Source: Podarcis gaigeae (Eukaryota). Taken from it: a stretch of DNA of 64,000 nt. The stretch lies in NCBI GenBank assembly GCA_964106915.2, contig OZ066931.1. One strand, 5' to 3'. The number at the start of each line of letters is the position of its first letter. Positions within the stretch are counted from its first letter, which is position 1. The notes below the pieces were generated by a model. The model was not told the DNA's origin. It saw only the letters and a list, made by a program, of their open reading frames with translations, and searched no databases. Shown here one piece after another: positions 40,391-51,088 of the stretch. A program made the position numbers and the translations under genes.

Positions 40391-41313
40391 TTATAACACC
40401 ATAGTCACTCCTTAATGAGCTGGTACATTCCTTGCAGTGGTCAGTAGACTTTCCTCAAACATAGCTGCTTAAATAGAAAGGCTCAGTGTAACACACAGAT
40501 GAGCTCAACTTTCTTTTTGGGGTGTTTTTGTGCGTTAGAATATGCTTCTCATTTTCACTGAGACAGAAAACGACTTCAAGAGATTATGCTGAAGCCAAAT
40601 ACATCTGCCAAGCTGCTTGGTCCATCTTCTACCCCAATACAGGTTAAAAAAGTAGGTTTTATGCTGGAAAGGGAATCTAAGATGCAGAGGAAGGAGCAGC
40701 ACAGCTGAAGAATGCAGGGTCACCGCTGCTGTTGTCACCAGAGCCCAGAGCCCCCGTTCTTGGCATCAGATGTCCTAGACCTCGCTCACTTCCTAGCAAG
40801 GCAAACAAACAGAAGTTTAAATCCAGAAACACTCCAAAAGAATGGCACCTTCTATCTGGATTCAAAACTGGATGCTGCAGACTGCAAACTGGGAAAGAGA
40901 GGAATCTCCATGGTCCCTGCAGCCCAGATTTTGTGGAGCCCAGATTTTGCTTTAGGATGCTGCAATGTTGCGCTGCATCCTGAATTTTTTTTGCAGTTAG
41001 GTGTGTATGCCTCTCCATGTGACTCTCTCAAGAAGTGCGTGCTGTCTGAGAACATTTGCATTTATTTATTTAATATCCCACCCTTACTCCCAGAGGGGCC
41101 CTGGGCCCATCTAGCCCAGAGGCCAGCTGAATTAAGCCAAAGGCCCATCTAGCCCAGAACTCTTTTCACAGTGGCCAACCAGGTGCATACAGGAATCCTG
41201 CAAGCCAAATCTGCTCACAAGAGTACTCTCTCCAACTACAATTGCCAGCAACTGGCATTCAGAGGTGGGCTGCCTCCGATAGTGGAAGTAGAACACCGCA
41301 GTGGCGGCTGGTG

Positions 41314-41591
41314 AAAGGTAAAAAGGTAAAGGACCCCTGGATGGTTAAGTCCAGTCAAAGGCGACTATGGGTTTTGCGGTGCTCATCTCGCTTTCAGGCC
41401 GAGGGAGCTGGCGTTTGTCCACAGACAGCTTTCTGGGTCATGTGGCCAGCATGACTAAACCGCTTCTGGCGCAATGGGACACCGTGACGGAAACCAGAGT
41501 GCATGGAAACGCCGTTTACCTTCCCACCACAGCAGTACCTATTTATCTACTTGCACTGGCGTGCTTTCGAGCTGCTAGGTTGGCAGGAGCA
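41314..41591 (-). mobile_element. 5'-truncated Sauria SINE nested in an old CR1 3' UTR (about 41130-41660, minus)
   Basis: SINE core and tail; flanks resemble lizard CR1 3' UTR (GGCCCATCTAGCCCAG...CACAGTGGCCAACCAG). Confidence 0.8.
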
Positions 41592-41674
41592 ACTGATAGC
41601 CACACCTTCCACAAATTTGTCCCCAGAGTTCCTTAGCCACTGCTGGCATTTCCTGTGTGCAGGGTGCACGAGGG

Positions 41675-41793
41675 TGGCCTTGGGTCCCCAGGGGCTGAGG
41701 GACTACAACTCCCATAACCCCTAGCTACCAGGACTAGGGAGGATGGGAGTTGTAGTCCAACAAAGTCTGGGGACCCAAGATTGAGAAAGGCTG
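41675..41793. mobile_element. Palindromic hAT-type MITE
   Basis: Inverted arms TGGGTCCCCAG..GGACTACAACTCCCAT / ATGGGAGTTGTAGTCC..CTGGGGACCCA. Confidence 0.65.
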
Positions 41794-42378
41794 CAGTAGG
41801 GTATGGCAGCAGATTGGCAGTAGGGGAAAGCATACTCTCCAACATTTTCTCACCCAAATCCAGAGCATACCCCACCCTGCTGCCACCCCACCCCATCCGC
41901 TGTAGTCACCCCACCCCACAGCGGTGTTCATGTTGTTGCCTGCTGAGGGAAGGCAACTGACTAATTTACATGTATGCAAGTGAAGGATCAGTAGTAACCA
42001 TCTTAGCTGAACCAAAAGAGCAGCCTGCCTGATGGACCAGTTTCCCTGGCAAAGGAACAGTTGGAAAATATTATGCAAGCCACTGCAGATACCAGTTTCT
42101 TCTCAGCAAGAGCTTATGCCACAACAGATATGTTCATTAGTCTTTAAGGTGCCCCCAGAATGCACTATTGCTTTTGATCCTGGAAAGTTATTCTCAATTT
42201 CCCAGTGTTTTTAGAAGGCAAAGCAAAACACTTGGTTGCAGGCACTTAAAGAAAGTCTGAGGATATGCGATACAAATGCTGCTGTTTTCAGCAGAATAAA
42301 ATAAAAACTGTTCTTTTTGTCTCAAACATGCAAATATGCAGGCAATTGCATTATTTTTGAAGGTTAAGTCACCCAGTT

Positions 42379-42384
42379 TTTATT
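42379..42384 (-). terminator. Candidate HIDE1 poly(A) signal AATAAA
   Basis: Minus-strand AATAAA about 340 nt past the stop codon; not verified. Confidence 0.45.
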
Positions 42385-42725
42385 CATCTCCTTCCAGTCT
42401 TGCCACAGCCCCAGAGCTGAAGAACTCTCAAAGTTCATCCTTATTGTTCCTACTTTTCCCAAATCAGGAATTCCAGAAATGGATGGAATCGGCAACATCT
42501 TCCCCACCTCCACATGACCCAAGTTCCGAATGTGTGATTGGCAGTGGAAGAGAACTTAGAAAGGCGAAGATGGAACTTTGTGATGGCAGGGACCAGGAGA
42601 CTCTGGCCAAAAACACTCGATGAACTCTGTTTCTGTTGATGATCTGAGAGGAACAACTTGCAGGTTATGGATGTCAGGGAGGAAGATTATCAGAGAGATC
42701 CTGAGCCGTGTGATCAAGTGAAAGG

Positions 42726-42848
42726 TCATTCTGATCCTCTAAAAGTACAAAAATCTGGCTTTTCCACAGAGCAGCGGGATGAAAGTCTTGTACTTGTAGG
42801 TGATGAGATCCAAGCACCGTTGTTCTCTATAGTTTCCTGGTCCGTTTT
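42726..42848 (-). CDS. C19orf38: HIDE1 last coding exon (KTDQETIENNGAWISSPTSTRLSSRCSVEKPDFCTFRGSE*)
   Basis: cgcaag acceptor, phase 0, TGA at 42728-42726. Confidence 0.85.
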   Translation of the reverse strand, partial: KTDQETIENNGAWISSPTSTRLSSRCSVEKPDFCTFRGSE

Positions 42849-43146
42849 CTTGCGAGATAAAAATGCCAAGATGGAGATAAATTAAGGAGACAAAAAAGAC
42901 TAGAATGGGAAGAGCTAAACCATGGGAATGAGCTTTACATAACAGCCAAATCACCATTAAATTTCTCTCTCTCGTGATACATTGGATGCCATAACATATA
43001 TCCTTGCTACCCAGCTCTTTTTGTGACTGCCTTAGGGTTATTCCTAGCAATGGAGAGACTGCTTTATAATAGCCCACAGAACTCTCTGATCTCAATTCCT
43101 AAAAGCAACTAGATTCCAACTTCTGGCTCCCGTGTTAACAACTTAC

Positions 43147-43184
43147 CATTGTAATAGTGTACATGGAGTTATCAAAGGATGTCT
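43147..43184 (-). CDS. C19orf38: HIDE1 exon 7 (ETSFDNSMYTITM)
   Basis: ccgcag acceptor, ATG|gtaagt donor, 38 nt. Confidence 0.88.
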
Positions 43185-44094
43185 CTGCGGAAGAAGCAGC
43201 GTGAACAAGGTTACTTGATAACTGAATAAACTTTCGTTACACAAATGTCATAACATCTAAAAGCAACCAAACAACACATTGATCATGTGGGATCGCACAG
43301 AATCAAGGAAGTTATGGTATGTAGTGGTAAGATTATCAACACCAACTCTAATTCTTTTTCATTGAACTGATGGGTGTAATCTTTGTTTTTTCAGTGAAAA
43401 AAAAAGGAAAGGGGGTGGAAAGCATTCAATACAAATGAATTTAAAAGTTATTCTGCTACTTTACTTTCTGTCCCTCCTTTCTCTCTGGACCTTTCCACTC
43501 ACTGTCAGCACAGCAACATAACATAGGAACAAGGTTTCTCTTACAGTAGTCTAGAGATACCAATAATAGGAATGGAACACAGTATGTAATATGCCTGCAT
43601 CTCCCCCTGTTTGTAGAGTATGGTTTTGGGCTGGAGAGAATTTGTTTTGCTAAGGCAAAGCTTTCTTTTTTCTGGGCATTGGGCCACCAACATGAGCAGT
43701 AGTCCTTTCCTCCTCTGTTCCTGGCTTTGTCTGCTTTTAACTGGGCCAGACTCATTTTTCACCTGTATTTCTTCAGTTCCTGATGTAAATAATACGTTGC
43801 CAATGATAAGCAAACCATCACTTGCAAAATCTGGGTTGTGATGCGAAGTGAATGGGCTCCTCTCTTTTGCATGCCAATGAATATAAAGTTGCAGAGCCCT
43901 GCTCAGGGATAAGAGCACAACCGATATCCTTGACCCCATTGCTGGGTCTTGTCCTAAGCTCAGCATTCAGGTGGTATTTGTGACCACTGATCTCTCTCGG
44001 CTGATGCTTCACCTGCCTCTGATACACAAATGCAAACAGAAGCAGCCACGGAAAATGTGCAGTCACACGTCCTTGGCACTTACATTTAACATAC

Positions 44095-44138
44095 CTGTGG
44101 CGGGGTAGCTTGTTTCTGTCCAGCAGGAGTCCAGTACC
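44095..44138 (-). CDS. C19orf38: HIDE1 exon 6 (VLDSCWTETSYPAT)
   Basis: gcttag acceptor, G|gtatgt donor, 44 nt. Confidence 0.88.
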
Positions 44139-44469
44139 CTAAGCAAATAAAAATATATATAACTAACGGGAATATCTTGCAATTCTGCAGTTCTTGTTAG
44201 CTCTCCCAAAGAAAGCTGCCTACATCAGTTTACCGCCAGGCTAATTTATCCTAATTTATCAGGTTTGATTTATCCTTTCAGGCACAGGGACAAGACCCCG
44301 TTTCCTGGGTCTGTTGTATAGACAAGTAGATTTCAACTAGAGTAAGCTCTGCCCTCTGCTGCATGGAGTGTGGTGATCGCTATAAGCAAGGCTGCTTGTT
44401 CGCCCTTCACCCTTTCTAGGACAAGCATCTAATATAACCCCTTTGTGTTCCGTGTTGCTTTTCTATTGT

Positions 44470-44613
44470 GCCTGGATAGCTCAGCTGGTTAGAGCATGGT
44501 GCTGATAATGCCAAGGTTGCAGGTTCAATCCCTGGACAGCTGCATATTCCTGCATTGCAGGGGGCTGGACTAGATGATCCTCGGCGTCCCTTCCAACTCT
44601 ACAATTCTTTGAT
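44470..44613 (+). mobile_element. SINE with tRNA-Ile-derived head and CR1-derived tail
   Basis: TAGCTCAGCTGGTTAGAGCATGGTGCTGATAATGCCAAGGTTGCAGGTTCAATCCC followed by TTCCTGCATTGCAGGGGGCTGGACTAGATGA...CCCTTCCAACTCT. Confidence 0.8.
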
Positions 44614-44833
44614 CGTCAGCCCTTAGCTGGGGAAAACTTTCTTCAAAGCAAGCCCCTCAGGAGAAACATCCACAAGGGGAAAAGCTACTCTCTGCCTCTG
44701 CCCAGATAACTCCATACTCTAGCCAGGCACAGGTCTGCTCCGCTGCACCCCCCGACTTTCAGGACACATCGGAAATATTTCACCTTGACCAAAGTTTTTT
44801 GAAACTGTATAAATGGGGGTGAGCCCCTCTCAC

Positions 44834-44858
44834 CTTTGCTTCTTTCTTCTCTCTTTAA
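44834..44858 (-). CDS. C19orf38: HIDE1 exon 5, basic juxtamembrane micro-exon (FKERRKKQR)
   Basis: tactag acceptor, AG|gtgaga donor, 25 nt; phases 1 and 2 fit both neighbours. Confidence 0.82.
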
Positions 44859-44979
44859 CTAGTAAAATGGGAAGAAACAAGAGGGAAGTATCAGAAAAGG
44901 AAATGCAGTCGTGTCATTATTAGGCACTCTGAGGGTACAAAGTCCCTACTGCTTGTGTCCAGTTGAGGGCTGCAATTTT

Positions 44980-45313
44980 AACAACAACAACAACAACTTT
45001 ATATGCTCCCCCCCCCATCTGACTGGGTTGTCCCAGCCACTCTGGGCAGCTCCAAACAAAAAATAGTAAAAGTACAACACAACATCACACACTAAAAACT
45101 TCCCTGAACAGGGCTGCCTTCAGATGACTTTAAAAAATCATGTAGCTGTTTATCTGTTTGACATCAGCTGAGAGGGCATTCCACAGAGTGGGTGCAACCA
45201 CCCCAAAGGCCCTCTGCCTGGTTCCCTGTAACTCCGCTTCTTGCAGTGAGGGAACCGTCAGAAGGCCCTCAGAGCTGGACCTCAGTGTCCGGGCTGGACA
45301 GTGGGGGTGGAGA
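44980..45313 (-). mobile_element. L2-clade LINE 3' fragment
   Basis: ORF 45130..45318 RTLRSSSEGLLTVPS...RAFGVVAPTLWNAL; (GTT)n tail. Confidence 0.85.
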
Positions 45314-45674
45314 TGCATGCCATGCTTATGGCATACGTCACCCAGCTTGTGACCCTCTAGGAGTTATAAACTTCCTGCCTTTTACCCCCATGCATAACAA
45401 TGGCTTTTCTTACCGCCCTGCAGATACCTGGGCATACATTGCTCTGTCCTTGCGGGCCCCTTCATAGCCAGCTCTAGGCCTTATTCCTAACAGAGATCCG
45501 GGAGTTTCAAGAGCATGCACCCAACGAGAGGGGTTGTTGATGCGTGCAGCAGCCACGCTTCCCTGCCATCTGCACACGTTTTGGCAATCCACTTCACACA
45601 CTGGCCAGATGTGGAAATGGCAAGGTGTGGGGATGGGGGCATTTTTACCTTGACAAGGATTAACTAACCGGAAA

Positions 45675-45768
45675 CATAGCTGTCAACTTTTCCCTTTTCT
45701 TGCGAGGAATCCTATTCAGAATAAGGAAATTTCCCTTAAAAAAAAAAAGGGAAATGTTGACAGCTATG
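45675..45768. mobile_element. About 90-bp mini-MITE (hAT-like)
   Basis: TIR CATAGCTGTCAAC / GTTGACAGCTATG; flanking duplication AACCGGAA; second copy at 60394-60483. Confidence 0.8.
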
Positions 45769-47422
45769 AACCGGAACTGGGTCAGCAATGTGAATACTAA
45801 GGTGAAACTACTCAGAGGTGGCGTGTGGTGAAATTTTTCATAGGAGAACAGATAGGGCCTCAGGCACCAGGGGGAGAAATGTCACACAGGTGAGCATCTT
45901 TCTGGGCTTGGGAAGGAGGAGCCACGCCTCTGACAGGATGCTGAAGACCTCCTGCCTCCTTCCCAAAATCAGTCAGGCTGTGGGAAGGTGGCAGGAGGGC
46001 TCTTGGACCCTGTCTGGAGCATCATGCCTCCCTCCCTAAGCAAGGTAGAAGCTTCCCAGGCTTTGGGAAGGAAGCACCAGACTTTAAGACTTAAATACTC
46101 TAATTTACCAGGAACATTTGGGGGACTGGCCTAGTCTGCCATGTTCACCGACTGCGCACCACCGCTAGTAAGAAAATGTACCTAGTGTTTCCTACAACAC
46201 CATAGGACCCTTTAGCATTTATGAGGCATTGCTTTCCATAATCAGCTGGAAGTGGCTTTAAAATGGTGTTTCTACATGGCAATTAATAATATAACTTTAT
46301 TATTTAGTAATGCTTAGCCCCATGGCCAGAATACTGCCATAATATTTACTCAGAAGTAAGTCCCATTCAGCAAAGGTCCTCTTCAGTTTCCCCTTTAACT
46401 AGAAGCTTCCTCTTTGCGTCTTCTGTCCCTATATTAGCCCCGTTCAGCTAAATTGTTCCTTAGTCAGTTCCTGTTCGCTGCTGGAGTGGGGGCTAATTAC
46501 TGGTCTCCTCTCTGCAGCTAAAGTTTTTTTTAAATTGAAATTTGTTTTTAATTGAAACAAATATGGGGAAAATGCACAATAAAGAAAAAAGGATGCAAAA
46601 ATAAGTATTCACATATTTTACACACATACACAGACATGGTAGCAGTGTTGGTCCATAAGAAAAAAACCTCAGAAATTTATAGTTGGATGATATCTTTATT
46701 AGGACCAACCAAAATGTCACAATCTTGTGGCAAGCTTTTAATCAGGAGAGATATTACAGGAAGCAAGGGATGAGGAGGATGATACTAGTATTCATTTTCT
46801 TTTTAAACACACAGTTGCAATTAGATGAAACAGTGTTTTTTTTTTAAAAAGGAGTTATTTATTTGGCTGCAAAGAGGAAACCAGTAATTAAAATATTCTG
46901 CCTCTCTGCATAAAAACAGTACGGTAACTGATTAATTCAAGGCGAATCTCACAGTGAATGGGAAGGAACTAACTACAGAGGTTACAAGGAGGAAACTTCT
47001 AATTAAAGACACAGTAGCCCTAGAAAGCCATAATAGTGCTGTTCCTGCTCATATTGTATATTACTAAAGAAAATTGGTCTGCAATGGGCTGATAATGATG
47101 TCATCTGGATTCTCCATTTAAGAAAGTAATTACCTTTCAGAGCAGAGAGAATATAAATCTTTCAGATATTTTACAGCTAAAGCTTGTCTAGTAGTATAAC
47201 CCCCTTATCCAGATTTCCATCAGTGTCGCATATCGTGCACTCACGGTTAGGGACTGTTTTGGCAAAATCTTTGTCGTCAAGTAATATACCAAGAGGCCAC
47301 AAAGTGAAACAGGGTCTGTAAGAAAGTCCTAGAGGTTTCCAACCTAGGCTAGGCATCATCCTTATTGGCCAGTGCCCTTAAACAGGAAGATTAGACATAT
47401 TCATTTTCTGAATTCCACATAC

Positions 47423-47515
47423 AGCGTCTCAATGCAACTGCAGCCACCAGCAGGATCACAGCCAGGAGCAGTACTCCAACTACACTCAGGACAACGGGGA
47501 GAACCCAGAAAGGAC
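47423..47515 (-). CDS. C19orf38: HIDE1 exon 4, transmembrane (GPFWVLPVVLSVVGVLLLAVILLVAAVALRR)
   Basis: ttccag acceptor, T|gtatgt donor, 93 nt; hydrophobic helix. Confidence 0.9.
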
Positions 47516-47765
47516 CTGGAAATGGAGGCAGCAAGTCAGCTACAGTTAATGCAAGAGAACAAAGCAAGAAAATACAAATCTACTTTTCTGGAGTGTGGAT
47601 CAGTGTGTGTGTGTATTTGTCCTCTTTCTCTCCCCTATCCTGACCCAGGTAAGCTCCAAAAGGCCTTTCGGCTGCACTTCCGTGCATCTTTCCCCAAACA
47701 TTTCCCCAGCAGCCCTCTGACACGTTTCCCAAACGCTCACTGCTTATCTTCCCTTTAGCGCCTAC

Positions 47766-47819
47766 CTTTTGAATCAGATCTTGGCTGAGCTGTTGGAGGG
47801 AAAGTGGTCAAGCTGGATG
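47766..47819 (-). CDS. C19orf38: HIDE1 exon 3, Ser/Thr/Pro stalk (ASSLTTFPPTAQPRSDSK)
   Basis: Long polypyrimidine tract then tttcag; AAG|gtaggc donor; 54 nt, phase 1-1. Confidence 0.7.
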
Positions 47820-48091
47820 CTGAAACAAAAAAGAAAAAGAAGAGATGACCGGGCAGCTTTTCCTTTTTGAGAGGAATGTATAAAATGTAAAAGAAATATT
47901 GGTTTGCTAAAATTAGTCGTCTCCCCACCCCTACAAGAGCCAAACAGGGTCTCCAGGGAAAGAAAAAAAGGTGCTTCCAGATAATTAAAAGATCCAATTT
48001 TTCTGTTGGCACATTTGGTACATCAGCTTCTACATATTCTGGCTTTTTTTCAGTCTTGGATTGCAATGATCTCAGGCAGGCAAGCAAGCCC

Positions 48092-48535
48092 TGATAAGAA
48101 GTAATGAGTCTCCAGCAGTTTTATGTATGTTTATTTACAAAAAAACACATCCAGAGCACGGCTTCTCACCTGCTCACATTGACGATAGTTGGTCAGTCTG
48201 AATCTTTGCTCCTCCCACAGCAGGAAGGAAGCCAAACTCCCGTCCTTCCCCTCTTGCCCTTCTGTTGTCTTCTGATCTTATTTTTCACTTGACTTTCACT
48301 TGATACACTCAGTCCTCTGCTTATCTGCTGATTGCCTAGCAACACTCTGGCTGCCTCTTAATTCTCCCGCTTCTTGAGAGCTAACAGTGTCTTCTTCTGG
48401 AAGCGGGAGTCAAACTGCCCCTTCTCGGCTCTGTCAGCCAGCTCTCATCTGCAGAGTCTGTCTCTCTCTCTCTCACTTAGCTCAATTTCTGAGCCTGACT
48501 CTTCCCCTGCGCTGTGGTGAGCCACGTTCCTGACA
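48092..48535 (-). mobile_element. Possible solo LTR
   Basis: TG...CA termini with imperfect inverted ends (TGATAAGAA / TTCCTGACA); minus-strand AATAAA at 48135-48130; no TSD seen. Confidence 0.4.
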
Positions 48536-49031
48536 TGGGTATTGATTGCTATTCCACTGCGCATGAGTCACACCAGTGGGCAGAGCTTGACAGAATGTCT
48601 CCAGGTTGCGTTTTCCTGCCCATCCTCAAAGTCAGTCCACCATGGACCTGCACTACCAATTAAAATTTATACAAAATTTATACATACACTGCTGTGGTGC
48701 AACGGTTAAAGTGTTGATCTAGGACCCATTCAGCCACAAAGCTCACTGGGTTTCATAGATCAATTTAATCTTTCATTATGGCTTGTTTGTGTTTCCTTTC
48801 TGTCCCATCACCTTCCAGGGAGAGAAATCATGATCCTCAGCATACTATCTAGACTGCCCAGCACTTCTAAGAATACCAGGCCAGGGTTTGTATGTTTTTA
48901 AGAGGAGGGCTTAGGAAATGAATCAGTGGTGGTCCCTTTTAGTGCTCCAACAGGTTTCCAAGTTTGTCAGCTGCTAATTGCAGGCCCTGACCAATATTGT
49001 GAAAACCCTGCCAGAGCAAGGGATATCCCTA

Positions 49032-49180
49032 CCAAGGTATAGCTCAGTTGGTTGAGCATGAGACTCTTAATCTCTGGGTCATGGTTTTGAGACCATGAGT
49101 GAAAGATTCCTGCATTGCAGGGGGTTGGACTAGGTGACACTTATGGTCCCTTCCAACTCCATGAGTCTGTGATTCTGTGA
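49032..49180 (+). mobile_element. SINE with tRNA-Lys(CTT)-derived head and CR1-derived tail
   Basis: TAGCTCAGTTGGTTGAGCATGAGACTCTTAATCTC followed by TTCCTGCATTGCAGGGGGTTGGACTAG...GGTCCCTTCCAACTC and a (GATTCTGT)-type tail. Confidence 0.8.
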
Positions 49181-49729
49181 ACATATTCCCAACCCTTTCC
49201 CTATAGCAATGGTTCTCGAAGGTTGTGGCACGCAACACTGATGTGGCAGAAGAGGATGGCAAGTGTGGTGGGAAAGATTCCAGGATAATCAAAGAAGCAT
49301 TTTAACACTTCAGTGCAGTGTAGTAACCAGGCATGTCCAAAAGTCTGTTTCGGGGGCTGGTCGGTTTAATCCGGCCTACCTATCGAGGTTATTTCCTGGG
49401 ATAACATTGTAAAAAACCTCAACAAGTTCAATCCTAAAAGCACAACTTTGGTTGGCCCTCACGGCCCTTCACTTCATCAAATCTGGCTCTTTTTGAAAAA
49501 AGTTTGGACACCACTGGAACATATTTTTTATTATTTTAGTTGTGTTCTATGTTATAAATCAAGCATTGCTAGGAATTGTGTGCCCCCCCCCAGTGTATTT
49601 CATTCATATATATATTTGTTGTGGTGCGAGCAAATTTTTATTTTGAAAGTGTGACCCAGGGCGGGGGGGAAGTTTGGGAACCTCTGCCCTAGAATCCAAA
49701 AGTCAAGACTCTCACCATACTATGTAGAT

Positions 49730-49923
49730 CAGGGTTTTCCAACCTTTTAATGCCGATGATACATTTTAGACATGCATCATTCAGTTTTCCTAGCAAACCG
49801 GAGGTTAAACTAACCCCTTTCCAGCCCCAGGAGGAGCACAGGAAGTGTTCACACAACACACCTAAACACTGCAGCTGACACACTAACATGTCAGTGTCAC
49901 GACACACAGTTTGGAAAGCTCTG
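49730..49923. mobile_element. hAT-type MITE (part of a MITE cluster at about 49200-49925)
   Basis: Termini CAGGGTTTTCCAA / TTGGAAAGCTCTG; another at 49328-49516 (CAGGCATGTCCAAA / TTTGGACACCACTG). Confidence 0.55.
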
Positions 49924-50025
49924 GTATAGCCTCTACAATGGGGCATGATGTGGATCATGGCTTGCAAGCGGTGCGGGTGCGACCAATCCCCCAAAAGGAG
50001 CTCATCTAGCTTTGGTAGCACTCAC

Positions 50026-50349
50026 CTTCCACTGTAATCTCAAGGAGGTTGCTAAACTCAGACGGTTTCAATGCACTTCCATTGTAGATGCCAAACTGGC
50101 ACTTGTACTGCCCTCCGTCACTGCGAGTGATGTTCTCCAGAAGGAAAATAACTTGGTGCTGTGCTTCTGCGGCATGCACAACCTGCAGCGGCTCCCCGTG
50201 GCTCACCTTGAACAAATAAAACAAGGCATCCTTGTACTGCCTGGGTGCCAAACAAGCAATCTTAATGGAGTCTCCTTCGTTGAGTATGTCGGAAAGCACA
50301 TCCAGAAAAATAAGTGGAGAGGGAAGAAGGCTGGAAGCCACCAAAGAGC
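50026..50349 (-). CDS. C19orf38: HIDE1 exon 2, Ig-like domain (GSLVASSLLPSP...IKIACLAP...DGGQYKCQFG...LEITVE)
   Basis: tttcag acceptor, G|gtgagt donor, 324 nt phase 1-1; two Cys and the DxGxYxC motif. Confidence 0.93.
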
Positions 50350-50381
50350 CTGAAACAGCACAATGGAAAGAGTGAGGTTTC

Positions 50382-50425
<44 letters not shown>
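50382..50425. repeat. (AAT)n microsatellite
   Basis: About 14 AAT units, 33 nt upstream of the HIDE1 Ig exon acceptor. Confidence 0.95.
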
Positions 50426-50427
<2 letters not shown>

Positions 50428-51088
50428 CAGTTTCATCAGTAACGAGGTGGTACTTTCAAAAGGCACAGCCAAGTGATTGTACGAATAGGAATCTGCTGAA
50501 GCAATGCTAGTCTTTCCTACAGCAGATGTGGTATAGATGTTCACCTTGTCTTGATCAGTTTTTGTGAGCTCTCAAATCATGAAAAAAAAACAACAAAAAA
50601 CAGGCATAAGTATTATGGTCAAATTTTCAGAAAATTCAGAGTTGGTGTTCTTAGACTGGGTGGGTGGAGTGTTCTTTGGGTGCTTTCAGACTGGCTGTCT
50701 AGTTAAGGTTGTTTCCACCTTGGGCATTTACTGTGGAATAACCAGCCTTTTAAGAGGACATAACTTAATGATCAAAACACCCTGCCCCAATATTTTTCCT
50801 GTCAAGCTTCTGTTGTCACCCTGCTTCCAAGCTCAGAAAACCCAAAATTCATGTATCGATACAAACCTCCTTCTTTTCCCTTCTTGTTCAAATTATTTCA
50901 CTTTATCTGTCCACTGAAAATTTTCAATAAAATATAAATGTTTGGAATTGCCTGCCACTCATGCCTTTTTCCTGCCCTTTGCTCTGAATGCTGTAACTTC
51001 CCCTTTCCAACAATTACTACATCAGAGGGGCCTGTTCTTGCCCTCCTTTTCTGCTCAGGTCTTCAAGTGAGAGAAGCAGTACAGCAAA

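Noticed and set aside
44470-44545. Functional tRNA-Ile(GAT) gene
   Set aside because: Acceptor and T arms are degenerate, there is no oligo-T terminator, and it is fused to a CR1 tail; it is a SINE head
49032-49105. Functional tRNA-Lys(CTT) gene
   Set aside because: Box B is mutated (GGTTTTGAG), there is no acceptor stem, and it is fused to a CR1 tail
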